From positions 480,001-544,000 of the forward strand of contig CAWGZR010000005.1 of the NCBI GenBank assembly GCA_963827165.1: 64,000 bases of DNA. The letters are read 5' to 3'. Every line of letters begins with the position of its first letter. Positions within the stretch are counted from its first letter, which is position 1. A model generated the notes under the pieces. The model ran no database searches, was not told where the DNA came from, and worked only from the letters and a program-made list of their open reading frames with translations. The translations under genes were made by a program, and so were the position numbers. Positions 29,990 through 40,213 of this stretch are shown here, piece by piece. This DNA comes from Candidatus Bathyarchaeota archaeon. Lineage in GTDB: Archaea; Thermoproteota; Bathyarchaeia; Bathyarchaeales; Bathycorpusculaceae.

Positions 29990-30450
29990 TGTCGTTAAGA
30001 GAACGACTGCTCTAGGACAACTAGCGAGACTCTAAATAGTATGATTACACCACCCAGAATTGAAACCACAATGTTAGCTGCTGGCTCTGGGTAAGGTGAT
30101 TTTCATGGTCGCAAGGATGTCAGCATGTAAGCTGCACCAAACCAGAAGATCAAGTCTCCAACGGTTTGGGCTGTTCTGCGTATTCGAGAATCGTTTGCAA
30201 GATGTATTGCTAAAATCAAGGGTTCTAAAATCACGATGCCTAATGGGAACTGAAAAGCTGCTGAATAGACTGCTGTGTAGGTGGCAAGCATGGCTGGCGC
30301 AGGTAGTTGGATTCGGGTGTTCAGTTTTGCCGTATTCCTTTAGAAGTGTGCGGAGGATTTTTTCTTGGGCTTCTTGAGGGTTCTTCAGAGATTCATACCC
30401 TGGACCAATTATTGCCTGAAGGAGACCGAGACCATTTCCGTCAATTGAAA
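29990..30450 (-). pseudogene. Degenerate remnant: GH3-like N-terminus joined to fragments of a membrane protein
   Basis: LLQAIIGPGYESLKNPQEAQEKILRTLLKEYGKTE, then frameshifted hydrophobic segments (AQTVGDLIFWFGAAY; ILGGVIILFRVSLV). Confidence 0.45.
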
Positions 30451-30570
30451 TTATCGTCTGCCTTTATAAAATGATTCAGGCTCCGATATATGTAATTTTT
30501 GAAAATTTTAAAATGGAAAAAAATGACGCTTTACGATATTATTTCCCCTAATTGAAAGACGCTGGGCAGA

Positions 30571-31071
30571 TTATTGCTTGTCGTACTTTTCAACTTCATT
30601 GTTTACAATCGTTAAGTCAACGCATCCCTGTTTGAACAATTCTATTGTGTCAGCATCGGCATGGTAGCGTTTTTCGCAAACTACGCGCTTTATTCCCGCA
30701 TTAATTATCATCATCGCGCATGTCCGACACGGCGTCATTTTGCAGAAAAGAGTCGCCCCCTCAAGTGGTATCCCGAACCGTGCTGCTTGAATTATCGCGT
30801 TTTGTTCTGCATGAAGAGTGCGAACGCAATGTTGGGTTTCATTGCCGTTGTTGTCAAAAACTTTGCGCATGTCGTGGCCTGCTTCGTCGCAATGGGGCAA
30901 ACCGGAAGGAGCGCCGACATATCCCGTAGTCATGATTCGTTTGTCTTTAACAATTACGCAGCCGCTTCTTCCACGGTCGCATGTTGCGCGCCTGGCAACG
31001 GCTTCGCATAAGTCTAAGAAGTATCTATCCCAGTTAGGTCTTGAATTGGTCTCCAACGTTTTCAGCCTCAA
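30571..31071 (-). CDS. dCMP deaminase family protein
   Basis: RPNWDRYF, RATCDR, TGYVG, HAEQNAI, PCRTC. Confidence 0.93.
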   Translation of the reverse strand: MRLKTLETNSRPNWDRYFLDLCEAVARRATCDRGRSGCVIVKDKRIMTTGYVGAPSGLPHCDEAGHDMRKVFDNNGNETQHCVRTLHAEQNAIIQAARFGIPLEGATLFCKMTPCRTCAMMIINAGIKRVVCEKRYHADADTIELFKQGCVDLTIVNNEVEKYDKQ

Positions 31072-31250
31072 ACAGTTTTAGAGAACTATCACTACTTAAC
31101 GAATTAATAAATTATGTTACCCCTCTTTCAATGATAATTGGCGCATAGTCCATTTTGATGTCTGCAAGTTCAGTTTTGGAAAATGTGTCTCGTTGAATAT
31201 TCCTTCAGTTTTAGTGACCGTCCATTTTTTTGAAGTTCATTGGAGACAAG

Positions 31251-31320
31251 GGACGTTAAAGGACTTTTGTAGACTTTAATAGACTTTAGTAGACGTTAGT
31301 AGACTTTTAGGGACGGATGC
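31251..31320 (+). repeat. 10-bp tandem array, 7 units, consensus AGACKTTAGT
   Basis: GGACGTTAAA GGACTTTTGT AGACTTTAAT AGACTTTAGT AGACGTTAGT AGACTTTTAG GGACGGATGC. Confidence 0.85.
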
Positions 31321-31456
31321 TGCAGAATATTTTAGCCCGGTTGCAAAAAAGCAACCCAAAACGTAAAGAACAGTTTTTTCCAGTTCTAAATAGAAAACCT
31401 TTGGCAGCCATTCCATAAATAAGACACGTTTAATCGTGCCTTTTTACTGGAAAACT

Positions 31457-32752
31457 TTATTTTTGGTAGACGTGAATTTCTCTGCCAATCTTATGACGCT
31501 CGTCGATTTCAACCAAGGAATGAAGACCCGTTAATGCTTCAACCGCCTCCATCTCCACCGGAAACATTTCTTTTGAAAAGGGCTTTACTAGTCTGAATCC
31601 AAGGCTCTCAAGTTTGCTCCCGATTGGCATGGTCACCGCTTGCCCTGAGCGTGTAGCAATGTACGGTGTCACAACCACCAATCGCCCGCCTTCCTTAAGC
31701 ACTCGGAAAGCTCCCTCAACGAAACCAGAAAATAACGGCTCAAGCTTTTGAATAATCTTTACCGCGTAGGGTCCGGTAGGCACCTGACGCAGCGCGGGAC
31801 CTAAATCTGGTTCGGTAACAATGCAGTCAACCATTTCTTGACCGATTTTCTGTGTAAGCTTGCTAACTTCGCCCTGCACGACCCTGAAATCAGCGCCTTC
31901 AAGATTATACTCTCTTGTAAGCCACTCTAGATTTTCGGTAGCTGCTTTTACACACCAAGAATTCGCGTCAACGCCCACAACCTTCGCCCTCCCCAATAAC
32001 GCTTCCTGAAGAATTGTGCCAACTCCGCAGAAAGGGTCAAGCAAAACTTTTCCAGGCGTGCAGGCGGACAAGTTGACCATTATGCGTGCTATTCTAGGCG
32101 GCATGGCAAAGATTCTTCTCTCGTTAGGCTTGCCGACATCTCTTTCTTGGAATTCGAATGGATTGTGAACGCCAACTGTAGTTCCTGCCCAAGTTTGTTG
32201 CTTGCCTATGCACAGTAGCACTTCCGATTGATTCTCAACTAGCTTCTTCTTTATCACTTCGACATGGCTTAGTTGCGGTAGCCCTCTGTCTTTTGAGAAA
32301 CCCATGAATTTTGATTTCTTTCCGAAAACAGCCAACTCATCCTTAACTGTGCTTCCGACAAATCTCTGGATACCCCCGGACAGGGAACGTAGGTTGCTGT
32401 CAGAACTGTAGATGCTTACTCCGAAAAACACCCTATCAGAAGACTTATTCATCGCTTCAGCTAAACCGCTTGAATCCAATGCAGCAACTATCTGCGACTG
32501 GGCTTTTTTGTTTTTTTCAAAAAAAGCTTGCCTTGCAAGTTGCGTCGGAAACTCTGTTTTTTCTTCACCAATTTTTATCGTTCCTCCCAAATCTTCTATG
32601 GATAAGCTTGAGTCTCGTTTTAAGTCAATAGCAAAAAATTCTTTGGAAAAAAAATTTACGCTGAACTTTATTTCCTTGGCGTTTAGGTAAGCGGCTATTT
32701 CGGCTAGGGAAAGTTTCCAGTTTTTTCCTGAAATGAACAGTTTTGTTAGCAT
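31457..32752 (-). CDS. Trm11-like SAM-dependent (RNA) methyltransferase
   Basis: MPPRIARIMVNL, LLDPFCGVGTILQEA, GVDAN, IVTEPDLGP. Confidence 0.82.
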   Translation of the reverse strand: MLTKLFISGKNWKLSLAEIAAYLNAKEIKFSVNFFSKEFFAIDLKRDSSLSIEDLGGTIKIGEEKTEFPTQLARQAFFEKNKKAQSQIVAALDSSGLAEAMNKSSDRVFFGVSIYSSDSNLRSLSGGIQRFVGSTVKDELAVFGKKSKFMGFSKDRGLPQLSHVEVIKKKLVENQSEVLLCIGKQQTWAGTTVGVHNPFEFQERDVGKPNERRIFAMPPRIARIMVNLSACTPGKVLLDPFCGVGTILQEALLGRAKVVGVDANSWCVKAATENLEWLTREYNLEGADFRVVQGEVSKLTQKIGQEMVDCIVTEPDLGPALRQVPTGPYAVKIIQKLEPLFSGFVEGAFRVLKEGGRLVVVTPYIATRSGQAVTMPIGSKLESLGFRLVKPFSKEMFPVEMEAVEALTGLHSLVEIDERHKIGREIHVYQK

Positions 32753-32918
32753 CGGTTAATGAAAAAGTTAACTAAGTATATAAGAAATCGCGCGCTTTTC
32801 AACCAGAATGTCACTCTAATGTAAATGATCATACGTCAGAAATTTACGGAATTGTTAAGCTTGGACTTACAAATCGTTTAAATACCGCTGGATGAGTTAG
32901 CTAAAAAGGGATATTTGC

Positions 32919-33467
32919 ATGCACGCGCGAAATTATAGGCACGTGAAGAACCGAGCGTACACACGCAAAGAATACGCTAGAGGTTTTCCGCCGCCAAAAA
33001 TTGTGAAATTTACCATGGGTGATACTAAAGCAACTTTTGAAATCCAAGGTCAACTTATAGCCGATGAACGTGCTCAGATACGCCACAGTGCTTTAGAAGC
33101 GGCGCGCGTAGCTACAAACCGCGTTCTAACTGACAAACTCATTAATGATTACCTTATGGTTGTTCATCCATACCCACACATAATTCTCAGGGAAAACAAG
33201 ATGATTTTCGGCGCTCACGCTGACCGACTACAGCAAGGCATGAGACGATCCTTCGGAACAGCGATCGGAACGGCAGCAAAGGTAGAGGTGGGTCAACCCA
33301 TCATAACCGTCAAGGTAAAAGCCGGAGCTGCGGAAACAGCCAAAGAATCCCTTAAAAGAGGCAGCGCAAAACTTCCCATCCCCTGCAAGATAGTTATCTC
33401 CAAGATTGAAGCTTCTCCAGAATTAGCCGAGACCGAGAAGGAACAACCGGAGACGGAGACAACTTGA
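32919..33467 (+). CDS. rpl10e: 50S ribosomal protein L10e (uL16)
   Basis: IRHSALEAARV, YPHIILRENKM, ADRLQQGMRRSFG. Confidence 0.97.
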   Translation: MHARNYRHVKNRAYTRKEYARGFPPPKIVKFTMGDTKATFEIQGQLIADERAQIRHSALEAARVATNRVLTDKLINDYLMVVHPYPHIILRENKMIFGAHADRLQQGMRRSFGTAIGTAAKVEVGQPIITVKVKAGAAETAKESLKRGSAKLPIPCKIVISKIEASPELAETEKEQPETETT

Positions 33468-35893
33468 GCGAAAAAGGGAAAGAACTGGTTTTATGGTTTG
33501 ACGATGTAAGAAACACTGATGTCCATTTGGTCGGCGGCAAAAACGCCAGCCTCGGCGAAATGATCCATGCAGGATTGCCTGTCCCTCCCGGTTTTGCGGT
33601 AACTGCTTATTCTTATGAAAAGTATATTCAGGAAAAAAACATAGCTGAGCAAATTTATAAAATAATAAATGAAACTGTAACGAACCCGAATGACCCCAAG
33701 CAGTACGATGTGGCATCCAAAAAAATACGTGAACTCATCGAAAAAACTCCAATGCCAAAAGACATCGAGACCGCGATAAGATCCGCTTACAAAGATCTGA
33801 ACCAACGGCTTGAATTAAGAGATACTTTTGTTGCGGTTCGATCAAGCGCGACAGCAGAAGATTTGCCTGACGCATCTTTTGCAGGTCAACAAGAAACTTA
33901 CCTGAACGTTAAAGGCGCCGAAGATCTTGTGGCCAAGGTAGTAAAGTGTTGGTCAAGCCTATTTACTCCCCGAGCAATCTTTTACCGTAACGAAAAAGGC
34001 TTTCCACACGAGAAGGTTTTCATAAGCGTCGGTGTCCAAAAAATGGTCAATTCTGGCTGTGCCGGAGTGATGTTTACCATAAACCCCGTCACTGGAAACC
34101 AAGGCGAAATCGTTATCGAAGGCAACTATGGTCTGGGGGAAACCGTGGTCTCAGGTGCTGTTAATCCTGATGACTTTGTTATCGACAAAGCTTCGGTCTC
34201 CATTAAAGAACGAAGAATCTCCAAAAAAACTGTTGAGTACATTCGTGATCCAAAGACAGGCAAAACTGTTCACTTGGAAGTCCCGACGGATAAGCAGAAA
34301 ACAACCTGTATGTCTGATGAAGAGATCTTGACTCTTTCACAACTTGCTAAGAGGATCGAAGGACACTACAAAAAACCGATGGATATTGAATGGGCAATAG
34401 ATCAAGACTTGTCTTTTCCCGAGAACGTGTTCATAGTTCAAGCTCGTCCAGAAACCGTTTGGAGTTCAAAAATAATGGATACACCCGTTACGGCTGAGCA
34501 AAACCCACATGCAACATTAAAGGTGGTTGTAAGGGGTATTTCTGCGGGAAGAAGAGGATACGGCGTAGGTAAAGCAAAAGTTGTTCTTAACCCCGACGAC
34601 GCAAACAAAGAAATGACTAAAGGTGACATTCTCGTAACAGGAATGACTGACCCCGATTTTGTTCCATTCATGAAGATGGCAAGTGCGATAGTCACTGACA
34701 AAGGCGGAATCACATCTCACGCGGCAATTGTAAGCCGAGAACTAAGCATCCCCTGTGTAGTCGGCACCGAAAACGCTACTGAAATCATGAAAACAGGGCA
34801 GGAATATACTGTAGATTCAGTGAACGGCCTAATCTATGAAGGCGTAATGCCTCAAGCCGTTCAGCAAACGCCTGCAGCAAACGGCTCACCAGTCGTGGCC
34901 CAAGCAGACGTCGCTCCAGTAACTGCCACCAGAATCTACATGAACCTGGGAACTCCCGAGATGATTGAACAATACAAGAACCTGCCTTTCGAAGGCATAG
35001 GATTGATGCGGACCGAATTCATCTTGGCTAGTGCTATAGGTAAGCACCCGATGGCGTTTGTGGATGAAGGTCAAAGCCAGCAGTTTGTCGATAAACTTGC
35101 TGAGGGAGTAGCCACTGTCGCTCGAGTTATCCAGCCTAAACCGGTTGTGGTACGCTTTAGTGATTTTAAAACTAACGAGTACCGGGGATTGAAAGGCGGA
35201 GATAAGTACGAGATAGTTGAGGAAAACCCGATGTTGGGCTGGAGAGGATGCAGCCGCTACATAAGCAAATGGTACATCCAAGCATTCCGCCTCGAATGCC
35301 AAGCCATCAAGAAATGCCGCACTGAGTGGGGACTCAAAAATGTTTACGTTATGCTTCCTATGGTCCGCACTCTTTGGGAAGCCAGAAAAGTCCTTGAAAT
35401 CATGAAGGAAGAAGGGTTAGAGCGCTCAAAGGACTTCAAAGTTTGGTTCATGGCTGAAACACCGTCAATCGCGATAATGGCTGACGAATTTTCCAAGTTG
35501 GTTGATGGCTTCTCCATTGGTTCAAACGATATGACTCAGGGTATACTGATGATTGACCGCGACTCCGAACGTTTGGGACAAATGGGCTACTTTGACGAAA
35601 GAGACCCAGCGGTAAAAAGAATACTTGCGCATCTAATCAAAGTCGCTCATGAAAACGGATGCACGGTGTCAATCTGTGGCGAAGGGCCCTCAAATCTTCC
35701 AGACTTCGCGGAGTTCCTCGTCCGAGCAGGAATCGACAGCCTATCAGTAAATAACGATGCAGTCGTAGCAACTAGAAAACACATTGCGAGTGTGGAACAA
35801 AGAATAATTCTTGAACGTCTCGCGGAACAAGCAGCCTTGGCCCGCGGACAACCACTCAAGAAACCGGTGCAAGACTGGGAATGGCCACGTTAA
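33464..35893 (+). CDS. ppsA: Phosphoenolpyruvate synthase
   Basis: VGGKNASLGEM, RSSATAEDL, SFAGQQETY, GGITSHAAIVSRE, ENPMLGWRG, SIGSNDMTQ. Confidence 0.97.
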   Translation: MSEKGKELVLWFDDVRNTDVHLVGGKNASLGEMIHAGLPVPPGFAVTAYSYEKYIQEKNIAEQIYKIINETVTNPNDPKQYDVASKKIRELIEKTPMPKDIETAIRSAYKDLNQRLELRDTFVAVRSSATAEDLPDASFAGQQETYLNVKGAEDLVAKVVKCWSSLFTPRAIFYRNEKGFPHEKVFISVGVQKMVNSGCAGVMFTINPVTGNQGEIVIEGNYGLGETVVSGAVNPDDFVIDKASVSIKERRISKKTVEYIRDPKTGKTVHLEVPTDKQKTTCMSDEEILTLSQLAKRIEGHYKKPMDIEWAIDQDLSFPENVFIVQARPETVWSSKIMDTPVTAEQNPHATLKVVVRGISAGRRGYGVGKAKVVLNPDDANKEMTKGDILVTGMTDPDFVPFMKMASAIVTDKGGITSHAAIVSRELSIPCVVGTENATEIMKTGQEYTVDSVNGLIYEGVMPQAVQQTPAANGSPVVAQADVAPVTATRIYMNLGTPEMIEQYKNLPFEGIGLMRTEFILASAIGKHPMAFVDEGQSQQFVDKLAEGVATVARVIQPKPVVVRFSDFKTNEYRGLKGGDKYEIVEENPMLGWRGCSRYISKWYIQAFRLECQAIKKCRTEWGLKNVYVMLPMVRTLWEARKVLEIMKEEGLERSKDFKVWFMAETPSIAIMADEFSKLVDGFSIGSNDMTQGILMIDRDSERLGQMGYFDERDPAVKRILAHLIKVAHENGCTVSICGEGPSNLPDFAEFLVRAGIDSLSVNNDAVVATRKHIASVEQRIILERLAEQAALARGQPLKKPVQDWEWPR

Positions 35894-35966
35894 CGTAAAA
35901 GGCAACAAACGCATCCTATCTTCACTTTTTTGGTTTTCTTTTTCGTCAGTGATTGGAGTAAGCACT

Positions 35967-36968
35967 ATGAATGGTTTTGATTTTGAAGAGGCGCGATTAA
36001 AGCAGGAAATAGCAAAGCATGGGGCCAAGCGGGTTATGCTTCAGTTGCCCGAAGGATTAAAACCTGAAGGTCCGCGAATAGCTGAAATTATTGAGACTAC
36101 TGGTGCACTTCCGATAATTTCCGCTGACCCATGTTATGGCGCTTGCGACATAGCGGTCAAAGAAGCAGAGGCTCTAGGAGTGGATCTAATTGTACATTTT
36201 GGGCACTCGAAAATGCTTTCGAACGAACGGGTTCCGACAGTTTACTTCGAAGCAAGAGAATCAATATCCATAGAGAACGCTGTGGAACAGGCACTACCGC
36301 TTCTTAGCAAATACGCCGCGATAGGTTTAGCAACTACGGTGCAGCATTTGGAAGCCGTAGCCCAAGCCAAAGCGATCTTGGTCAGCGCTGGAAAAACCGT
36401 TTTTGTCGGCGACAGCGGACAGACGCCTTATCCTGGACAGGTACTCGGCTGCAACTACAGCAACGTGAAATCAATCTCACATAAAGTAGATGCTTTCCTG
36501 TTCATAGGCGGTGGCTTGTTTCATGCACTAGGCATAGCCCTGAACACTTCTAAACCAACCGTAATTGCTGATCCATACGATAACAGAGCTTTCTCAATTG
36601 ATGATGACGCTCAAAAAATCATAAAACAACGCTGGGCAAGCATTGAAGAAGCGCTAAACGCAACAAAATTCGGCATTCTCATCAGCTTGAAACCTGGGCA
36701 AAAGAGGATTGATCAAGCAATAGAAGTTAGTGCGTTGGCGCATAAACATGGGATTGCCGCGTTCTTTTTGGCTGCAAAGGAAATTACACCTGAAACATTG
36801 ATAGCGTTCCCCTCCATTGACGCATATGTCAACACAGCTTGCCCCAGAATCAGTCTTGATGCCCCAGGTAAGTTTTCCAAGCCAGTGTTAACGATTAACG
36901 AGTTTTTGGTTGTGGTTGGTGAGTCTTCATGGGAGAGCATGCTCAAAAAAGGATTATTCGAAAACTAG
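35967..36968 (+). CDS. dph2: Diphthamide biosynthesis enzyme Dph2
   Basis: QLPEGLK, PCYGACD, HFGHS, GQVLGC, TACPRI. Confidence 0.95.
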   Translation: MNGFDFEEARLKQEIAKHGAKRVMLQLPEGLKPEGPRIAEIIETTGALPIISADPCYGACDIAVKEAEALGVDLIVHFGHSKMLSNERVPTVYFEARESISIENAVEQALPLLSKYAAIGLATTVQHLEAVAQAKAILVSAGKTVFVGDSGQTPYPGQVLGCNYSNVKSISHKVDAFLFIGGGLFHALGIALNTSKPTVIADPYDNRAFSIDDDAQKIIKQRWASIEEALNATKFGILISLKPGQKRIDQAIEVSALAHKHGIAAFFLAAKEITPETLIAFPSIDAYVNTACPRISLDAPGKFSKPVLTINEFLVVVGESSWESMLKKGLFEN

Positions 36969-37630
36969 ATTTAGAGCGGTTTCTCTCAAAGATTGAAGTT
37001 CAACCCTCTCCCCAAGCCCACCTAGAACAGTACACCATTTCAGAACCCGTTGCCTCAACTATGCTTTACATTGCTTCATACGCAAACAACGATATTATAG
37101 GGAAGGCAGTTCTGGATTTAGGCTGTGGGACAGGCAGGCTTTCGTTAGGGGCAGCCTACCTTGGAGCTCGAGAAGTCGTCGGCGTCGACATCGACAAACG
37201 TGCCATTGAAACTGCTTCAGAAAATCTGCGAAAAGTCGGATTGAAAGGAAACGTTCAATGGGTCATCGGAGACATCGACTCGGTCGCAGGCAGATTTGAC
37301 ACCGTCTTGCAGAATCCGCCTTTCGGGGTGCAAACTCGCGAAGCCGACCGGGCATTCTTGGTCAAGGCCTTAGAATCGGGAAATTTCGTTTACTCCCTCC
37401 ATAACCACCCTGAAACCGACAGTCAACTGGTTAGGCAGCTTAAAGCAAGCGGCGATTTCTTGCAGATTCAGCCTTCCCCATTTCTGGAGCGGTTCGTCGC
37501 TAACCATGATGGGGTTGTCAAAGCCGTTTATGCTATGCTTATGACGATTCCGCGACTCTTTGATTTCCACACGAAAGCCAAACACGATTTTATCGTTGAC
37601 TTGTACGTGATTGAGTCATCAAAACGTTAA
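36929..37630 (+). CDS. METTL5-family methyltransferase
   Basis: LEQYT, LDLGCGTGRL, QNPPFG, FHTK. Confidence 0.9.
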   Translation: MGEHAQKRIIRKLDLERFLSKIEVQPSPQAHLEQYTISEPVASTMLYIASYANNDIIGKAVLDLGCGTGRLSLGAAYLGAREVVGVDIDKRAIETASENLRKVGLKGNVQWVIGDIDSVAGRFDTVLQNPPFGVQTREADRAFLVKALESGNFVYSLHNHPETDSQLVRQLKASGDFLQIQPSPFLERFVANHDGVVKAVYAMLMTIPRLFDFHTKAKHDFIVDLYVIESSKR

Positions 37631-37761
37631 CAAATTTTGGAGCTTTCTGTCTGGAATTTACGTGATATATTAATCAAAAGGTTTATTGATAAGGTTGGAA
37701 ACTAAGCATATGCATTTATCTTGCAACGGTTTAGTTTATTTAACATACAAGGGAAACTGTC

Positions 37762-38343
37762 ATGAGTCTAAAGTCACCTCAACAAAAAAGTGGTCATTTA
37801 GTTGTGCCCGGCGAACGTTTAGGGGTTATAGAAGAGTTCGTTCCAGACTCGGGAACATACGTTAAAGACGGCGTCATTTACTCAAAAATTGTGGGGCGCA
37901 AACTGGTTGATTTGCAGAGCCGACGTGTTTCTGTTTACCCGGCAGCTGAGGGCGCGGTTGTGCCAAAGGTTTCCGGTGTAGTTTTGGGTCAAGTAGGTAA
38001 TGCTCAATCCGACAACGTTTTGGTTAAGATATTCAAGGTGGGAAACAAAAAGATTTCAGGCGAGTTCGGTGGCATTCTACACATTTCCGACGTCTCCGAC
38101 AGGTATGTCACCTCAATGAATGATGTTTGCAAGCCAGGAGACATCGTCAGAGCGAAAGTTATCAGCGAAAAAAACCGCGTATTCCATTTAACAACAAACG
38201 ACAAAAACTTGGGCATAATAGATGCATTCTGCTCCCGATGCGGAAGTCTTCTCGAGCCAGACAGATACGAGCTGCACTGTCCAAAATGCGGTAACATCGA
38301 AAAACGTAAATTAGCCCCTGATTACGGAAAAGAAGCGCTTTAG
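37762..38343 (+). CDS. csl4: Exosome RNA-binding protein Csl4
   Basis: VVPGERLGVIEEF, S1 domain, CSRCG...CPKCGNIEKRKLA. Confidence 0.95.
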   Translation: MSLKSPQQKSGHLVVPGERLGVIEEFVPDSGTYVKDGVIYSKIVGRKLVDLQSRRVSVYPAAEGAVVPKVSGVVLGQVGNAQSDNVLVKIFKVGNKKISGEFGGILHISDVSDRYVTSMNDVCKPGDIVRAKVISEKNRVFHLTTNDKNLGIIDAFCSRCGSLLEPDRYELHCPKCGNIEKRKLAPDYGKEAL

Positions 38344-38359
38344 TGAGGATTGAATCAGG

Positions 38360-38641
38360 TTGAAAATTAACATTGTCAAAAAATCCGGAAACGAGTTAAA
38401 AATAGAAATCGTCGGCGGAACTCACGGACTATGCAATTTATTGGCGAAGCGTCTTTTAGAAGACAAAACGGTCGAGTTTGCAGGCTATGATGTACCTCAT
38501 CCTTTGGCGTCAAGTCCTATTATCTACATCAGGATGAAGGGAAAAACCGCGCCTGAAGAAGCCTTAGTTAGAGCAGTTGATAAAGTTCGAGAAGCAAACG
38601 ATGCTTTCAGCAAAGAGCTAGACCGAGTTATCAAAGCATAG
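38360..38641 (+). CDS. rpoL: RNA polymerase subunit Rpo11 (RpoL)
   Basis: HGLCNLL, FAGYDVPHPL. Confidence 0.93.
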   Translation: MKINIVKKSGNELKIEIVGGTHGLCNLLAKRLLEDKTVEFAGYDVPHPLASSPIIYIRMKGKTAPEEALVRAVDKVREANDAFSKELDRVIKA

Positions 38642-38819
38642 TTCCCGTCAGCTCGATCTCTTAAGCTTTTTGCATCCATGGTGGTGTGTCTCGTTCTTTC
38701 TCAGAATGTCCTGGCGGCAGTCTTTCCGTCTGGATATTGAATTATTTTGTTGTTGAGAATCCGATTTTTGTTTTAGCTTAAAAGGGAAAATACCTATTAA
38801 TTTAGGTTCAGGGAAGCTT

Positions 38820-39398
38820 TTGGAGCCAAAAAAATTTCGAATAATAAAACCTGAAATCCGCATTCTTGGCGTAGATGATGGCAGATTTGTTCCTCACACA
38901 AAAGGAGAGGTGATTGTTGTGGGCGTTGTTTTTCGAGGTGGCTACTCCCTTGACGGCGTTATGCATACTCACGTGGCAATTGACGGTTTCGATGCAACCG
39001 AACAGTTGGCCTCAATGATTAACAGTTCTCCCCACTGCAAACAGCTCCGTTTGATAATGCTTAACGGGATAACGCTTGGCGGCTTCAACGTTGTAGACAT
39101 CAAAAAGCTCCATTTAGATACCAAACTTCCCCTAATCGCAATAACCCCTGAAAAACCTGATTTAGAATCAGTCCACAAAGCTCTATTAAATTTGCCGAGA
39201 AGCGAAGAACGTTGGAAAATTGTCCTATCAGCCGGCGAAATCCATGAAGTTGTTTGTTCGGGTAAGAAGATTTACATGGAGTTAGTTGGGATTTCACTAA
39301 CCGACGCTGAAGAAATCGTTGAACTAACTTTGAAGAACAGTAGTCTCCCCGAACCGCTTCGAGTCGCGCACCTTATCGCCTCAGGGGTCAGTCTCTGA
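38820..39398 (+). CDS. DUF99 family (endonuclease V-like) protein
   Basis: RILGVDDG, DGFDAT, GITLGGFNVVD, PEPLRVAHLIA. Confidence 0.9.
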   Translation: MEPKKFRIIKPEIRILGVDDGRFVPHTKGEVIVVGVVFRGGYSLDGVMHTHVAIDGFDATEQLASMINSSPHCKQLRLIMLNGITLGGFNVVDIKKLHLDTKLPLIAITPEKPDLESVHKALLNLPRSEERWKIVLSAGEIHEVVCSGKKIYMELVGISLTDAEEIVELTLKNSSLPEPLRVAHLIASGVSL

Positions 39399-39479
39399 AC
39401 TTGCGTGATTTAGAAAAGGTTTAAAAGGTACATTGCTAAGGGAATCAAAAACGGACACGAATATTGGAGTTCGGGAAAT

Positions 39480-39830
39480 ATGGAATTTTGCCCAAAATGC
39501 GGTTCTCGTCTTGAACCAAAGAAATCGAAGACTGGTAAAGAGGCTTCCTTAATTCTCGCGTGCCCAAAATGCGGATACAAAAAGCCCGAAGTCGGCGAAA
39601 AAGTTGAAGTGACTCCGAAGGTTATCCAGCATTCGCCACAGCAATTCGTCGCTGTCATCGGGAAAGAAGAGCAGAAATTAAGCACGTTGCCAACCGTCAG
39701 AATCGAATGTCCAAGATGCGGAAACAACACCGCTTATGTCTGGCAAGTGCAGACGCGAGGCGCAGATGAATCTTCAACCCAGTTCCTGCGTTGCACCAAA
39801 TGCAATTATACATTCCGAGAATACAGCTAA
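39480..39830 (+). CDS. tfs: Transcription factor S
   Basis: MEFCPKCG, CPRCGN, QTRGADE, CTKCNYTFREY. Confidence 0.95.
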   Translation: MEFCPKCGSRLEPKKSKTGKEASLILACPKCGYKKPEVGEKVEVTPKVIQHSPQQFVAVIGKEEQKLSTLPTVRIECPRCGNNTAYVWQVQTRGADESSTQFLRCTKCNYTFREYS

Positions 39831-40213
39831 GAACTCTTTTTCAATTTCCCATTGGGTAGGATTGTTTCGCTAAATTATTTGCTCTGATTCTTTACGAGGT
39901 TTTTTATGGATCTCGAAACCTACGTATTCGGGTATCTGCATCCAAAGCTTCGCTAAACTCTTCTAGTTTATTGAGGAATTGTATTGACTTTTCGAAATAT
40001 GCTTTGCCTATCTGTCGGGAGCTTTGAGAGTAAACAACAAATTCAAAGAAGTCATAAACAGGTCAATCTTCGTTGTGAGTTCTTGTCAAAATCCCTTTCT
40101 TCATGCCAATAGGTTGTTTTTGGGTTGGACAACGGCAATTTTTATTAGCTAAAAGCGTAATCACAAGCTATATAACATTACGGTAATATGCAATATCGAG
40201 GAAGAGAAGCAAC

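Noticed and set aside
31251-31320. CRISPR array
   Set aside because: 10-bp units with no spacers and no cas genes in the window.
31374-31456. Second origin (TTTTCCAGT words in inverted orientation near the 10-bp array)
   Set aside because: Only partial ORB matches, no G-string and no adjacent initiator gene.
39840-40105. Degenerate minus-strand ORF between tfs and pcn
   Set aside because: Short fragments in three frames with no recognisable family.
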